This document shows positions 49,685 through 63,960 of a DNA stretch of 64,000 nt, piece by piece. The translations under genes and the position numbers were made by a program. Below the pieces are notes generated by a model. The model saw nothing but the letters and a program-made list of their open reading frames with translations, was not told the DNA's origin and ran no database searches. The stretch is from contig JAQGDQ010000443.1 in NCBI GenBank assembly GCA_030141605.1, forward strand, positions 62,001 through 126,000, read 5' to 3'. This stretch comes from Tubiluchus corallicola (taxonomy: Eukaryota > Animalia > Priapulida). Numbering within the stretch: position 1 is the stretch's first letter; every line of letters begins with the position of its first letter.

Positions 49685-49965
49685 CCTGCATGTGTAATTC
49701 GACAAAGTATCATCGACAAAATTTTCTGTCATGTAGTGTTATAAAAGTATCAGATTAACTGCTTAAACAAGATTAAACAGTGTGAAATTAAACAGATTTA
49801 AAAGTTAAGATATATCAGTTTTGATGAGTAGTTAGATGAGCGACCCAGTGAACGTCTATAATTGTGTTATCCATTTCTTATACAGTAACTCTTAAACAGG
49901 GCCTCCTAAAACACGCTATTTCAAGGCGTGGAGAATGTCAAATTATATATTGTGCAATTCATGGA

Positions 49966-50356
49966 AATAAGCCTTTTCACAGTTCTAGCGATTGATGGTG
50001 ATCGTGAAAAGGTCAAATGTTAAGTGAATAACGCATTTGTGTGTACTTGACAACACCTCCCAGTCCATGCTATTGTAATAATAACACTTTTAACAGCTAG
50101 TGAGAACCTCACCTAGTTCATTTTTTCTTAAACCTAAGCAAAATCCTGCTAATAAATCACTCTACCCGCAGATTAAAGCATAATTAAGTAAATTCCACAT
50201 AAAACAACAGAAGAGTACCTACAACTGATGCGGCGGGCGTCTTTGCTTTACCAACATCACGTGACAGTTGTAGTTAAGACGCGCTGCTGTGGTTCACTTA
50301 ACCTGTGACCTACACCAACTGCGCTTGCGCATAGCGAAACCGTGAACAGGCTTAAT
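49966..50356 (-). mobile_element. MITE family A, copy 2 (inverted)
   Basis: Reverse complement aligns with 7078-7458 and 58173-58545; TIR AATAAGCCTTTTCACAGTT. Confidence 0.9.
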
Positions 50357-51204
50357 AACTCACTCATTGTCCTATATAGCTATGTGTGATTTTTACATTA
50401 TCATTTTGGCAACTGCATCATAAACAAACGTTCTCCTCTACATTTTCAAGTTACCACAGAAAAAGTCAGTCTTACGTCTATGATTTGAAATTTTGAATAG
50501 CGTTGGTGAATATTAATAGCTGAATGACATTTACTCATTGGACTAGACTGGCACAAGGGAGAATTCTGTGTATTTGCCTTTATTTCAGAAACTAATAGGT
50601 CAGCCAAACTTCCAAATTTAGCTCTTGTATTCCTAACTTGGGAGCAAGTGTATCGTATGACCCAAAGAAGCAAGGGTAGGAAATGACATGATCTCAAGGT
50701 CATCTAAAAGTCTAAAGTTTAATACGCGAAACTAAATACTTGCTAATTTTCTAACTCACAATGGCCTCCCGGCAGTATAACGATACCTGAGAAATAATTT
50801 ATGCAGCTTAAATATTCTCATAAGGCAAGTAAGCTATTCGTGTACGAACACAACTTTCACGTTTCATAGTTATGGCACCAGCGAACTGCAGGTGCAGACA
50901 ATAGCAGTGGCCTTTTATGTCGATATTTAAGACGTACGTGGGTCTAACAACACCAAATGTAACTTCGAAGTCATTTTTTGTTTCGTTTCCCAATAACAGG
51001 TGCATTATTTGAAATGTATTTCTCCCTAAGTTGTCTCGGAGTACTTGTAAAGTGTACTTTCTACGCGCTTTGCAGTCAATTGTATCTAGCAGAAAGCTAT
51101 TGTATTAACTCAGGATACGTGTTACATCAAAAAATCGCACAGCCAGTTGCAAATCTGGAAACAAAATACCTCATATTCGATAAATTATTACAATCTCAAT
51201 GACG

Positions 51205-51484
51205 AAAATTATTATTAATAATGTTACCGACCTACAATTAATTAAATTTTGATATCAAACTTGAAAGATAAGGAATGGATAGGTCCTCTAAAAGGCATGA
51301 ACTTTGAACTGCCTTGATCATTGGGAATTCCAGTGGTAAATGCAATGGCTTAGTGATCTAAGGCGTCTACAATGTAAGCAGAAGGTCCTGGTTCAAATCC
51401 ACGCTGCTTTATAACTTTTTCGCATTTTCTGGCATTATACAAGTTTTGTATAAAATATAATTAATCAAGGATTTGTAACATCAT
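51205..51484 (+). mobile_element. tRNA-TIR family, copy 3
   Basis: Arms ATGTTAC..ATTAATTAAATTTTGATATCAAACTTG / CAAGTTTTGTATAAAATATAATTAAT..GTAACAT; A box 51346, B box GGTTCAAATCC 51390. Confidence 0.8.
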
Positions 51485-52010
51485 CTGAAGTTCAATCATA
51501 CACATATTTCAGCAGCAACTTGCACAGCGAAAAATCCAAGTAACAAAAGTTTGTACCGTAGAAAGTTACTGCTCGTGTTTTAGCCATGCCAACTCAAACG
51601 CAGTTTTAATGATTCAGGAATTTTGTCGCTCAAACGACAGGTTAAACAGCGTTTAATCGATAGGTGAGGATAAAGTATGGACTCGACAGGCAAATAGTAA
51701 AATAACGATCGATTTTAAACAATAAACTGAATAGCACTCTTATTCGTACAATATTTTGTCACGCTGGACTAAGATTTATTTTTGGTGCGCAAAATTACGA
51801 TATTTTAAAGCTATTGATTCAAAAATCTATTTCAACAACAGGTAGGTGTACAAGGTATAAAAGTATTTGATGAGACTCATCTCTCACACGGTTGATTTTT
51901 ATTGAAAAGGTCTTCACTTTCGTCTGTATGTGGGATATTTAAGGTAAAACCTTTAATGTTGTCTAACTGAAGTTTTTACGATACAGAATCACTCGCATCA
52001 GCGCAAAGGC

Positions 52011-52213
52011 TTAAGTGACGTTTATGTAGCATCCTGGTGTGTATTTGGGGGGGGGGAAGGGAGGGGACTGATCGTTGTTTTCAATGCATTCGTTTATGCA
52101 GCCTGCGTATGCGTTACTCTTTTTATGCAGCTATTCATAATGATTTTTTTCCGCGGGCTATTCCGCAAGTGGAAAACGCATCCGCGTCCGGACGCTGGAT
52201 AAACGCCACTTAA
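52011..52213. mobile_element. ~200-bp MITE with TTAA ends (Harbinger- or Kolobok-like)
   Basis: TTAAGTGACGTTTATGTAGCATCC / GGACGCTGGATAAACGCCACTTAA; internal segment 52152-52186 resembles 40860-40895. Confidence 0.75.
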
Positions 52214-52221
52214 CTCACTTG

Positions 52222-52945
52222 TGATTGCTGTCTGCAGCGGGATCTTCATGATAGAGACTCACGCCTGCCAGAGTAAAATTTTTACTGCCTTTATTGCTGT
52301 CTGCACTAGAGCTATCGTTATAGAGATTCTATTCTATCAGAGTAATAGCTACTGCCTGTATTGCCTTACACAGAAGAAAGTGTAAGATACACAGTAGGGA
52401 TGATTCACTTCAACCAAACTAGAGGCTTTGCTGTTTTTATTGCTGTCTGCAATGGAATTTTGACAGAAGAGATTCATTTCTGTGAGACTGAAGTCTTCGT
52501 TGCTTTTATTGCTGTCTGTATGGGAGTTTTCACAGAAGAGATTCATTTCTGTGAGACTGGAGTTTTTTTATTCATTTCCATCAGACTGAAGTTTGTTTTG
52601 CCTTTATTGGTCTCTGTACTGGACTTTTCACAGTAGAGATTCATTTCCGTCAAACTGGAGTGTTCGATACCTTTACTGCCATCTAGAGTTTTCACGGTAG
52701 AGATTCATTTCCATGAGACTGGAGTCTTCGCGTTACTCTTTTTTGCTGTCTGCACTGGAATTTTTACAGTAGAAATTCATTTCTGTGAGTCTGGAGTCCT
52801 AACTGCTTTTATTGCTGTCTGCATTAGAGTTTTCACATTAGAGATTCATTTCTCTCAAACTAAAGTTTTCGTTGCTTTTATTGCTATCTACACTGGAGTT
52901 TTCACACTACAGATTTATACTGCGAGACTTGAGTCATCACTGCTG
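52222..52945. repeat. 69-bp satellite-like array, ~10 degenerate units
   Basis: GAGATTCATTTCTGTGAGACTGGAGTCTTCGTTGCTTTTATTGCTGTCTGCACTGGAGTTTTCACAGTA; period 69 (52469 to 52538). Confidence 0.92.
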
Positions 52946-53132
52946 CTGCATTCTGTGAAATTTAAACATTTCTTTTTATACAGGAATTATTTCTGTGTTA
53001 ATTGATTATGCGATTTTGTAAACCCAATTAGAGCTTCTTTTTAATTTGGATGCTCTCTACATTGTATTTTTACACGCCCTCGTAGTTGACAGTCGGGTTT
53101 TGTGCAACTTAAGGTACTACATTTCTCTTTAG

Positions 53133-53250
53133 GATGAAAATTTCAGTGTAGACGGCAGGAAAAGCAACGAAAACTTTAGTTTGAGAGAAATGAATCTCTT
53201 CTGTGAAAATCTCAATGAAGACATCACTAAAAGCAATTAAGACTCAAGGC
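53133..53250 (-). repeat. Inverted ~1.7 units of the 69-bp repeat
   Basis: AAAAGCAACGAAAACTTTAGTTTGAGAGAAATGAATCTC is essentially the exact reverse complement of 52841-52879. Confidence 0.9.
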
Positions 53251-55835
53251 TCGCAATTGCAGGTGTAAAGTTAAGCACATTTACATATGTTTGTACAGTT
53301 TGTTCAATCAAAAATTTTCACCAGCTCTAAATAGAGTGTATCCTAAGTACGCATAGGCCTACACTTTTATTCCAATTTTCTTCAGCCAGTTTTCTACACC
53401 AACATTGCAGGATTTCTACTACACTACTCCTTGCAGTTTTTATTTTCTACTGACCTTCACAGCGTTTGTTCACTATTCAGTTTAATGTAAAATCATTTCT
53501 CAAATTATTTAAATGCATTCTAAATGCGAAAAGTGGCTACCACCATAAGCATAAATTCTTGTTTTTACTGCGCACTTTGTATGCACGCAAATTTCCTCCA
53601 AATATAACATTTTGCGTGATTTACGGCAGCATCCGGACGTTCAAACTTTCCTTGAATAAATAGTCATTTTATTAGATAAATGAACTCTAAACGCTGTCTT
53701 TTTGTTTATTTTGCAACTGCACTTATTTACCACAACGAGTGACACCAAAGGCAAAATGTACAAGATGTGAGGCTGCGAACACGTGTCGGTTCTCATTCCA
53801 CAGAAAAAATTAACATGCAAATAGGTTTATTTTTATTTTAGTCAAAGTAAACAAATAAATTTCCATCAGTATAATAATTTTGCAGTGACTTCGCACTTTT
53901 CCAAATCGCCTCAAATACTTTACTCATCTGAAGTTTAAAAGGATAGAAAAACATTAAACTTCCTTTACACATTTTTGGACTAGCCACATGTTATTGGTTT
54001 GCTTCGCATTTCGCTGATTATTTTTTGCATTATCGATTTTAACTGACTACAAAGTTTTGAAGTAAAATAAACTTTAAAGCTCGTAAAGACAACACAGGTT
54101 GTTTTACAGAAAAATTAATATTTCCCTTGGTCATATTAGTTGCTCATATTGTCCCTGCTACATATACCTAATTGTTCACATGCAATTTTTAATTGGCTAA
54201 CTTTTACTTTCTTGAATTGTGAAAAAACTAGTTTATATGTGCACCTGTCATAGATTTAATTATTCACAGAATACGAAACAAAAAAATCAACCAAATAAAA
54301 ATGGAAGTGCGCGTGGAGCCTATATGACCCAATTCAGAACAAAGCAAATTAAAAATTATCGTGCAACCTTAGTTGTCATTGGAAACCATCTGGCAAACCA
54401 AATGTTATATTGTCGTTAGTGAATCTTTTACTTGATAGACAAAAATAATTCTTTGGGTGTATTTTAAGTAAAGCAAATTAAAGAAGGTGACGATATGTAG
54501 GTAAAATTGGTGGAATAAATCTTGATAAAAATGAATTTGGTATATAAAAACACCCAACAATAACAAACTCGCATTTTTGACATTCCTCTTTGTGGGTGCT
54601 AAGATTGTGAATAATGAGGTTGTGGGTACCATGATAGACTGGTAGACTGATAGCGGGTAGACTGAATAGCTGAGGATACTAAATGAGTGCCAAGTCAGTG
54701 GGCATCTTGGAATATCAGATGTCCACGGTGTCGGTTTATCCACGCGTGAAATGAATTAGATGAATCTAAATGTGTGATTCATCGGCGTTTATGAGCAATC
54801 TATTTTGGATTCCATAATATTGGTTTCAATACTGTTACATGCAGCAGTATATCGTTTCCATTCAATTTTATTGATAACTTCAACATTTATGGAAAGTTTA
54901 CCTACTCACATTTACTCGCAATCCGACATTTAGTAACTAGTTTAACTGATAGTCAAAGAAAAACGTTGAAATTGAGCCGTAATAAGGTAAGCTTTCCATG
55001 TCAACTTTCTCTTTTCTACAGGCTTCAGTGCATCAAAGCCAAAGCTCGCCAAGATATACCTCTGTGTCGACGTGGTAAAATATAAACCTTCCGAAACATT
55101 TCCGCCATTAGGTTTCAGTTTCAAAACTTTACATTATTTAAAATAATGTCCAGTGAGACCGACTGTGCGTTAGCATAAAGTACGACAACTGCTTAATCAA
55201 GCGTTCAAAAATTACTTTCTTCGAGCGGATCTACTTATTGCCTTGGTGCGTTCTTTGTCACACGAATTAGACAACTGCTTACAATAAACAAACTTAAATA
55301 AAAATAATTGACTGCCTGTGTTTTTCGAATTTCAATTTTTCTTTTGCATCCCTTGATACGACCCCCTGCAAAACATCAGATTGTCCATATACAGCAGACA
55401 CGAATATTTACAGAATGAAATATTCAAGCATCCAGTCGATTTGTGTGCGTCGTGATTTTCATATTTGAACAATTAGATTTCAATTTTATTTCTCTTTAAT
55501 GGCCTAGCGCGTTTTTAAACATCCCTCAGTCACTATTAAATCTAAAGCGCGTCATGAAGGCTTGGCAATGAAATGCGTACGAAGCGCCTTCGAAAAACTT
55601 TAGCACGCTTAACGTATTTCTGCGAGAAAAGCTGAAAATTGACAAAAACCGCATACTCTTCTCTTTGTGTTTCTCTGCAACACTTTCCCCCATACAAAAA
55701 GGTAGCCACGGAGTGGGATGCTGGATAAAGAAGAACAAGAACAACAACAGCAATAAAAACAAAGTATGGAACATTAATCAAAATCAAGCATATACTGTGC
55801 TGATGAGATGGAAAGAAGATATTAGTATTCACAAT

Positions 55836-56411
55836 GTAGGTAAAATGGCACAGGAAACAATGGCGCAAATAGAAAAGCAGGTAAAAATAGCACAGGAAAA
55901 AATTCAACAAATGGAAAAGTAGGTAAAATGGCACAGGTAAAAATGGCACAAATGGAAAAGTAGATAAAAATGGCACAGGAAGAATGACACACTTAGTCTG
56001 GAGAAGCCAAAATGAGAATCTTTTTTCGCAAAACTTAACCGAACATCACGTATAGAAAACGTTTGTGAAGCACTTCATGGAGGTTACACAGGAAATGTTT
56101 AGTACTTCTTTTTTATTATTTCCTCCAGGACACACAACCACGAGTTAGTTCCAGGTTCCATTTCGAGAAAATCTCGCTTGTAAAACTGTGTAACCTTTGC
56201 TTATTAATGTGTATGGGCTTTTAAGGTGACTTGGTGTGTAAATACGTATATACTTGTCAGTATATCATCGTCGCTAAAATTAATGGTGAAAATGTGGATA
56301 AACACTATGTGGCATATTTGTGCATTACTGACTATCAATCGATTTAATGAACAAATATTTTTGCCATTTTTTCCTGTGCCATTTTTATCTGTGTCATTTT
56401 TACCGCACACC
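55836..56411. mobile_element. Foldback-type non-autonomous DNA element with inverted arrays of ~15-bp subrepeats
   Basis: GGTAAAAATGGCACA repeats at 55836-55992 and inverted TGTGCCATTTTTA repeats at 56359-56404, ending ACCGCACACC. Confidence 0.8.
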
Positions 56412-58172
56412 GTTCAGAATCTACGTTAATCAAACCAGCATAGAGGCGTACATGAGCATTCGGAAAGAAGCAGCTCTGTGAAAATGGTATAACCGAGAAA
56501 CATCTATCTATCGTCCAGATTCTCCAAATCGCTTAGATAAAGGACTTTACAGGTAGAAAGACGACTGGAAATCTGTACCTGTCTGGCTGTATATTAAATG
56601 GTCACGTACTTGGCAGTTTGGAAAGACAGACTGAATATTACATTTAAGCCATGATGTATTCATATCATAATAGTTTTCAAATTACATTTATTAGAATTAT
56701 GTCATAGTCACAATGACGCATTGACATGTTACGACACTGGGCGCAAAGGGAATGCGACAAATTCTAGTCATTTTTTACAGAGCTCCTTTTAGCACAAAAA
56801 ACAGTAGCTAATGAAACTTCTTGCTGACTTCAAGATTTAATGTTTAAAACATTTCTTCGGCAAAAGTCTATAATCTCAATGCATAGCAAGCACTTCCTTT
56901 TCTTGTAAATGAAGAGCTCATTCTGTCTTGCGCAAAACAGGCATCTTCTTCGAAAAAGGCCGAGGCAGGTGAACTGACACAAACTCAGTAAGCACGTGCT
57001 GACTGTTTATGAGCAAACTGTATTAAGTACATTCCTGTTAAGCAGGTTTTTTTATAGATACTCAAACGAATAATGAAGTTTCGGGGTACGTATTAAAATT
57101 ACAATCTGGCTTATAAATAATCTCCTTATTCATCGCTTTTTATTTTAAAAAAGTGTCTTTAATCTCATATTGCGTTTGTACTAAGTAGGTAATAATAGGT
57201 ATAAAAAGCTCATAAAAATAATAACCAGAAAATTGTCGTTGGGTTAATAAAATGCTTTTATTGGGTTGCACTCAAGGCCCAGTTTAAATTTTAAAATCAG
57301 CCAATTTCCGTTATTAACCAAAAGCAGCGCTTTACCTATCGGAAAACAGACTTGGGTGCAAGTAGAATTGTTTGCATATATTGTCCCAAATTATTAATAA
57401 TTATAAGTATTAGCTGAATTGACGTATAGCACACTATCATATTCGTGATTGCATAAACTAAAACTATTAACTCATATTAACGGTTCTGACAACCAATAAA
57501 TCCATAATAACGAAGTTAATTACAGAGATGCGCATCGCAGCAGTAATAATAAAGAGAGATTTTTATCACTGACATTATACTAAATCATTCTCACGTTGAC
57601 AAGTCATAGTACCTGCTTTACATGTTGTAGCAAAACAGTGTTCCGTGCAGTACCTTTTAAAAATAATCATTATATAACCATAGCTACTAAATTTATTTGG
57701 CCTTGAAGGCGAAACATTAAGTAACTCGCTTATTGAGTTTTTTTCCAACTGCATAGATGTGTCATTTGGAATAGCATTAAATTTTATTGTTTCATGGAAT
57801 CCGTTTTTCGTGACTATGTCATTTAAAACACCGTTTATCATTGCCATGAATTGTTTTTTTCTTAAAAATTTGGAATGTGGAGTAACTCTATTATGACGTC
57901 ACAAACTAAAAACTATTAAAAACTAACTAAATTGTCAATTTTATGATCTCAGTTTCATATATTAAATACATGAAAAACAACGACACGAGAACGAGAACCG
58001 CATCGGTGGTATTTACAACATTACAATCCGCCTTAAAGCTAAAACCGAAAAATAAAATATGAATATTATAGGTTAACAAATTAAGCGTCATCGTCTTCCC
58101 ATCGTATGTCTTCTCAGTAAGAGTTTATTTTTCGCGTTGGGATCACCGAGAGAACAGGAAACAAATAAAGCC

Positions 58173-58545
58173 AATAAGCCTTTTCATAGTTTCGTTGTGC
58201 GCACGCGCAGTTGCTGTAGGTCAAAGGTTAGTGTACCACAGCAACGTGTCTTAATTACAATCGTCACGTGACATGTGGGTAACGCAAAACATTAGATCAG
58301 TGGCTTCAGTTGTTTTACGTGGGCTTTACTGAATTATACATTAGTCTATGCGTAGAGTGATTTACTAGCAGGATCTTGCATGGAAACAAGAAAAAATGGT
58401 CTTAGCTAGCTGTTAAAACTATTACTATTACAATAGCTTGGACTGCGAGGCGTTGTCAAGTGTACACAAATGCGTTGTCAGATACACTTAACCTTTAACA
58501 TTTTCACGATCATCATCAATCGCTGGAACTATGAAAAGGCTTATT
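58173..58545 (+). mobile_element. MITE family A, copy 3
   Basis: Perfect 19-bp TIR AATAAGCCTTTTCATAGTT / AACTATGAAAAGGCTTATT. Confidence 0.92.
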
Positions 58546-58630
58546 CTTACACAATTTCACATAATTGTTGCGCAATAAGCCACATTCTTACACAATTTCA
58601 CACAATAAGCCCCACTCTGACACCATTATT

Positions 58631-59015
<385 letters not shown>

Positions 59016-59906
59016 TTTCCCGTTTATCGCAAACTGATAGGAAAAATGACTATCAAAAAATTATGTGACAGAGCAGCAGTGTGTTTGGAGCCGAGCTCAT
59101 AATGTGGAGTAGAGCCCTGCAGCTTTAAATCTTTAATGTGTCAAAATACACTCATACCTGTTTGTGAGCAAGTATGTCTGTTTGGTTTATACAGTTCGAC
59201 AGTTTGCAAATCGGCATTCTACACTCAACGGTAGGACTTAGTTTTATAGGTTGTGACGGGACTGGAATCTAGCTAATAAAAGATAATCCTCGAAGATTAT
59301 ACTTTACCAAGTTCTAATGTGCTCGTGTTTTTTCCTCATTTAAACCCATATTATCGTCGTTAAAGAGGCAGAGTCTGAGGGTAATATGCAAATAACTGCG
59401 TGGAATACTCGCGCATTATTGGCTATTAACATGATTTCAGTTTAATGCCGGTTAAAAACAAAATGTTTTGCAGGGTGCCTTCGCTAGTACAGAATTATTT
59501 ATGCATTTCAAGGTCACACAGTCATTTAAACCGACTCTAAATGAAGTAAATCATGATAATGGTTCGATTGGCTATAAATTTTGTTGTACGGCGATTCACT
59601 GCTTCATTATTAATAATTTATTGTCCTTTTATAAGAACATTATGGGGAAATACAATCCGCTATTCTGCAATGCATGATGATAATTTGCACATCAGACACG
59701 AGCTGGAACAAATTTACGATTTATTGGAACATTTCTTATGCAAATTGTGAATAGAAAAACAACGAAGCGAAGGCTGTATTGATGATTTACATTGAAGCAA
59801 TCAGGAGTAAAAATCCTTCCTATTTACATACACATATTCTTACAATGCAGAACAGTGATCCTTTAATAGATAAATGTAAGAAATTATTTATTTATAAAGT
59901 TAATTC

Positions 59907-60200
59907 TAAAATTATTATTAATGATAGCAAAACCGATAATTAATTTAGTTTTTAATTGAAACTAGAATTTAACTTGAAAAAAACTTGGAAAAACAACAAA
60001 TATGAAAAAGTTGGAGAGATACAGCCAGGATTTGAACCAGGCACCAATCGTTTACGAGCCAACGCAACATCCGCTGTAGACCACTACCAGTGATCATGAC
60101 AGTTGTGTGTTGCTCCATCCTCAAGTGTAAGAAGCTTCTTTTAAGTTCATAGTGTTTTACAGCAATTTAACGAATTAATTTTAATTAATAATAAAATTTA
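59907..60200 (-). mobile_element. tRNA-TIR family, copy 4
   Basis: Ends TAAAATTATTATTAAT / ATTAATAATAAAATTTA; inverted B box 60028-60038; inverted TAGTGGTCTA; GATCATGACAGTT matches the core AACTGCCTTGATC. Confidence 0.7.
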
Positions 60201-61429
60201 CTTGTGGTTTAGGATTATGACTCAATCAAGATTTATGCGTCATATTCATCTTAACCAAATCATTAACAAACCCACACAAAACTTTTAAGAAGTAAATGTT
60301 TTATGGCAACAACGCATTAAAAGCTAAGATCTTTCGCAATTGCTTTGCAGAATGCTAAAACCTACCTGTACCGAATTCTTACAGTTCTTGTTACACTTCT
60401 GAACCACAGGGAAACCTAAGCGATACCTAAGATAAACCAGTAAATAGCAGTAACGCAGTCTTTTGATAATCTTTTAATGTGAGATGGTTAAACATCAGAT
60501 ACAAGTCTCGCTGCAGTTGAAAAATAAATTACATTTTAACATTTGAATTGAAAAGTATAAGTTAAAAAAGTCTCAAGGTCTATTGCATTTTTAAAAAAAT
60601 GCACGCTATGATTGTGGAAATCATTTATGAAAAATCTAACATTTTAACTTAATAGGTTTAACAAACTGTTGTTAAATTAAGTACCGTGAGAAAAGTTTCA
60701 TGCTAAGATACAAGAAGATTATGTGGTACTAGCACGGTAACCTTAAATGGTAAGACTGGAGCACAGAGAATGTTAAGCATAAATTTTACTTTTGTTGCTA
60801 TTATGATAATGATTGGGCATTTATGCCTAATTTTTAGCCGAACTGTGGTATTGATTTAATGGTTTGTTAGTTTAATTATTAGAATTTTGCGACGTGAAAT
60901 ACGTAGTCAACAATATTGTACTATACCAAGATCGCGAATATCGACAAGATCCGAGTTTGAAGGCAAGTTACATATCGTTATTATTTTGATGTGCAAGGAT
61001 TTAGCCTATAGATTAGTTCTGGATGCGTTTTCCATAAATATTAATGCGACGCGTAAACGTCACTGGCGATTTCAAGACTCATTTCTAATCTCGGAGACAT
61101 TTATACAAACTGAGCAGTAGAACCTGTAAGGAAAAGATGCTATAAAACTATAAAATATAAAAACTAATTATGGGCTCTTAAATCAGTATCATTTGCGCAA
61201 GCTTAACTTAACATTTAATAAAATGCTTTAAAGATTACTAACCATCGCAGAACTGAAAAAAGTCGATGTTGAAAATGCGAAACGCGCGAAAAACACGACA
61301 AAATGAATCTTTGAAAAACAGTATTGTCAATTTAAGATTTTGCAAGCGCTGCCTCCTTTTTAGTAGTACCAGTATCAAAAACAGGCAAAGCGAAATTTCT
61401 ATTCGTAGGTGTTCTTACCCGTTAACGTT

Positions 61430-61594
<165 letters not shown>

Positions 61595-62856
61595 GTTTGT
61601 TTGTTTGTTTTTGTTGATAGGTCTGTCATTTCTTAGTAAATGATACATCTATTGAGCGCTATTTGGTTAAAGGTAAAATCTTTATTAATAAAACGGTAAA
61701 TGTAAATATCAAGCTTCCAATATTTTAATTGTTCGATACTGCAGTACTCGCAAGAAATGTTTGGTATCGACATTAGAAATGTATCGTCATGAGTCGTTAC
61801 GCGATGAGTTTACGCGTAATGTTTAATTTACTGTAAACTCACGTTTGTAAGCTTATAAATGCTGAAAACTAACAAAAGAAACTGACGAACAGTTTGCGTT
61901 ACCATAATTACTATGAGTTCATATATGTATGCATCTTGGGCCATAATACTACTCGTTGTTTTTAATATGACACAGTCAATTACTAAATCCAGCTCTCTTC
62001 TGTCACCACTCACAAACATTGAATTAAATGCAGAACAAAGAGCAATACTTATAATATAGTCTTATGGAGAAACATACCTTTTTGCACAACTAGGTTCAAA
62101 TAACGGAGCTTGCCTCCAGGAACATTTTCGAAGCTTTTAGTAATTTCTCCGAATCATCTCTCATTTCTCAGCTGATCATCTCTCGTGCCTTTCTCTCAGC
62201 TTCAAGACTTTTTACATTGTTTACGACATGCGGAAGCAATATAAACGAATTATCAGAGACAATTAAAATATGAATAGTTGGATGACTGGCAATCCTACAC
62301 GCAAATGTTAGGTTCTACGCAAACTTTGAATACTGCGAGCCTCCAGAAAAAAAACATGGAATGTTGTAAAGGTTTTACTTTGGCTGCTTGATATTCTTCA
62401 TTGTCCAGCACATTACAGTTTGAGCACCTTTGTAGTTATATAATAACTGAAATTTAGTTATGGAAGTGAAAGTCGCGCACCCGGCTTCCAGCAAACAGAG
62501 CGAATATCCAGCCTGAAGCCCACTACGCTATATGAAACCTACCTGCTGCTCCGCTAGGGGCGCTGATGCGAAACCAATCGTTTCGCTTTCTTCATATCAA
62601 AACTGCTCAAAGGATTTCAGAAGCAGTGCATGCAGTGCAACCGTATACGTGAGGTCGATTGCACAGACTTTTATGATCGCCGGCAACAAAACCTCGGCGA
62701 GCTGCTCGCAGTTTTCTTATTTCAATTTAGTACTGCGACAGAGTATTGGTTATGACTTACTCTCTTACTAGAAAAATTAATTTAAAAACTAATTCAATGG
62801 TATAAGAATACAGAGACGTTAGCGAAGATTGGGCACCATAAATATGATTTCAATGT

Positions 62857-63110
62857 GTGGTGACGGTGGCCACGGTGGTGTTAGTGGTGGTGTAGTGACG
62901 ATGATGATGGTGATGTCGAGGATGACGGTGACGATGATGATGGCAATGACGATGACAATGACGGCGGTTATGATGATGATGATGATGATGACGGTGGTGG
63001 CGGCGGCGGCAGCGGCTGCGGCTGCGGCGGCGGTGGTGGTGGTGGTGGTGGTGGTGGTGGTGTCGTTGGTGGTGGTGGTGGTGTTGATGACGATGATTTA
63101 ATGATAACGA
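62857..63110. repeat. (GAT/GGC/GGT)n compound microsatellite
   Basis: Seen directly. Confidence 0.95.
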
Positions 63111-63587
63111 GGAAGTGGAGCGTTGATGGAGAAGACCATTTTGTTTGCAATGTTGAACGTACATTTAGCAGCGCATTTCTGACAAAAAGACCAAATCTTA
63201 TTTTGAAACAGGAAAATCAAGAAAAGCCTAACTGTGATTAACTGTAAAAAGCAACTATTATTGTAGCAGAACAACAAATCAACAACACGGCTGCAGCATG
63301 ATAGGCTGTATTTCTATTAACTGCATTAATCACTCGCAGCGAATTGTGCCAACTGAATGGATTCATCCGTATATGATTAAATAGCAATTGCGATTAATCC
63401 CTACCGCTCTATCGACGGTCAGGATGGGCGTATCAACGTCTTAGCAAGACTAGATTAACAACGCAACATTCCATCACAGTTAATTTACAGTCACTACTGA
63501 TAGTGCTCACCGCTTTAATAAAAAGTAAGGATGGCGGTCTGTTTTGCTTTTCATCCACGTTCAAACGTGTCATGTACTATTTACTTC

Positions 63588-63781
63588 AATGATGATTGTG
63601 GTGGTGATATTGGTGATAATGATGGTGGTTGTGGTAGTGGTGGTGATGGTGGTGGTGGTGGTGGTGGTGGTGGAGGTGGTGGTGGTGGTGGTGGTGGTGG
63701 TGGTGGTGGTGGTGGTGGTGGTGGTGGTGATGGTGATAGTGATGGTGGTGGTGATGGTGATGGTTATGGTGGTGGTGAGGG
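63588..63781. repeat. (GGT)n microsatellite
   Basis: Seen directly. Confidence 0.97.
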
Positions 63782-63789
63782 GGATAGAG

Positions 63790-63960
63790 ATAATAATAAC
63801 AATTTATTATTTATATAGCGCATCACAGGAAATGATCTCGATGCGCTTTACTATTAATAAGTTTATTATAAATTGCAATTACGTATACACTGTACTTATT
63901 ACAGAATTATAATCATTACAGAATTAGTCATTCTAGAATCACAAAATTGGAAAATAGTGT
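63790..63960 (-). mobile_element. L2-clade LINE/SINE 3' end
   Basis: Minus strand GTAAAGCGCATCGAG...GATGCGCTATATAAAT plus (ATT)n, the characteristic L2-type terminal stem-loop. Confidence 0.75.

Noticed and set aside
52349-52636. Repeat-protein ORFs in the 69-bp array
   Set aside because: Neighbouring units have indels and stops, and both strands are open, as expected for a 3n satellite.
57575-57847. 90-aa ORF, and ORFs 59468-59750, as host exons
   Set aside because: No recognisable domain or convincing splice-site pair; lengths are compatible with chance.
62551-62564. CTCF site CCGCTAGGGGCGCT
   Set aside because: One G short of the consensus spacing; a single motif is not evidence.
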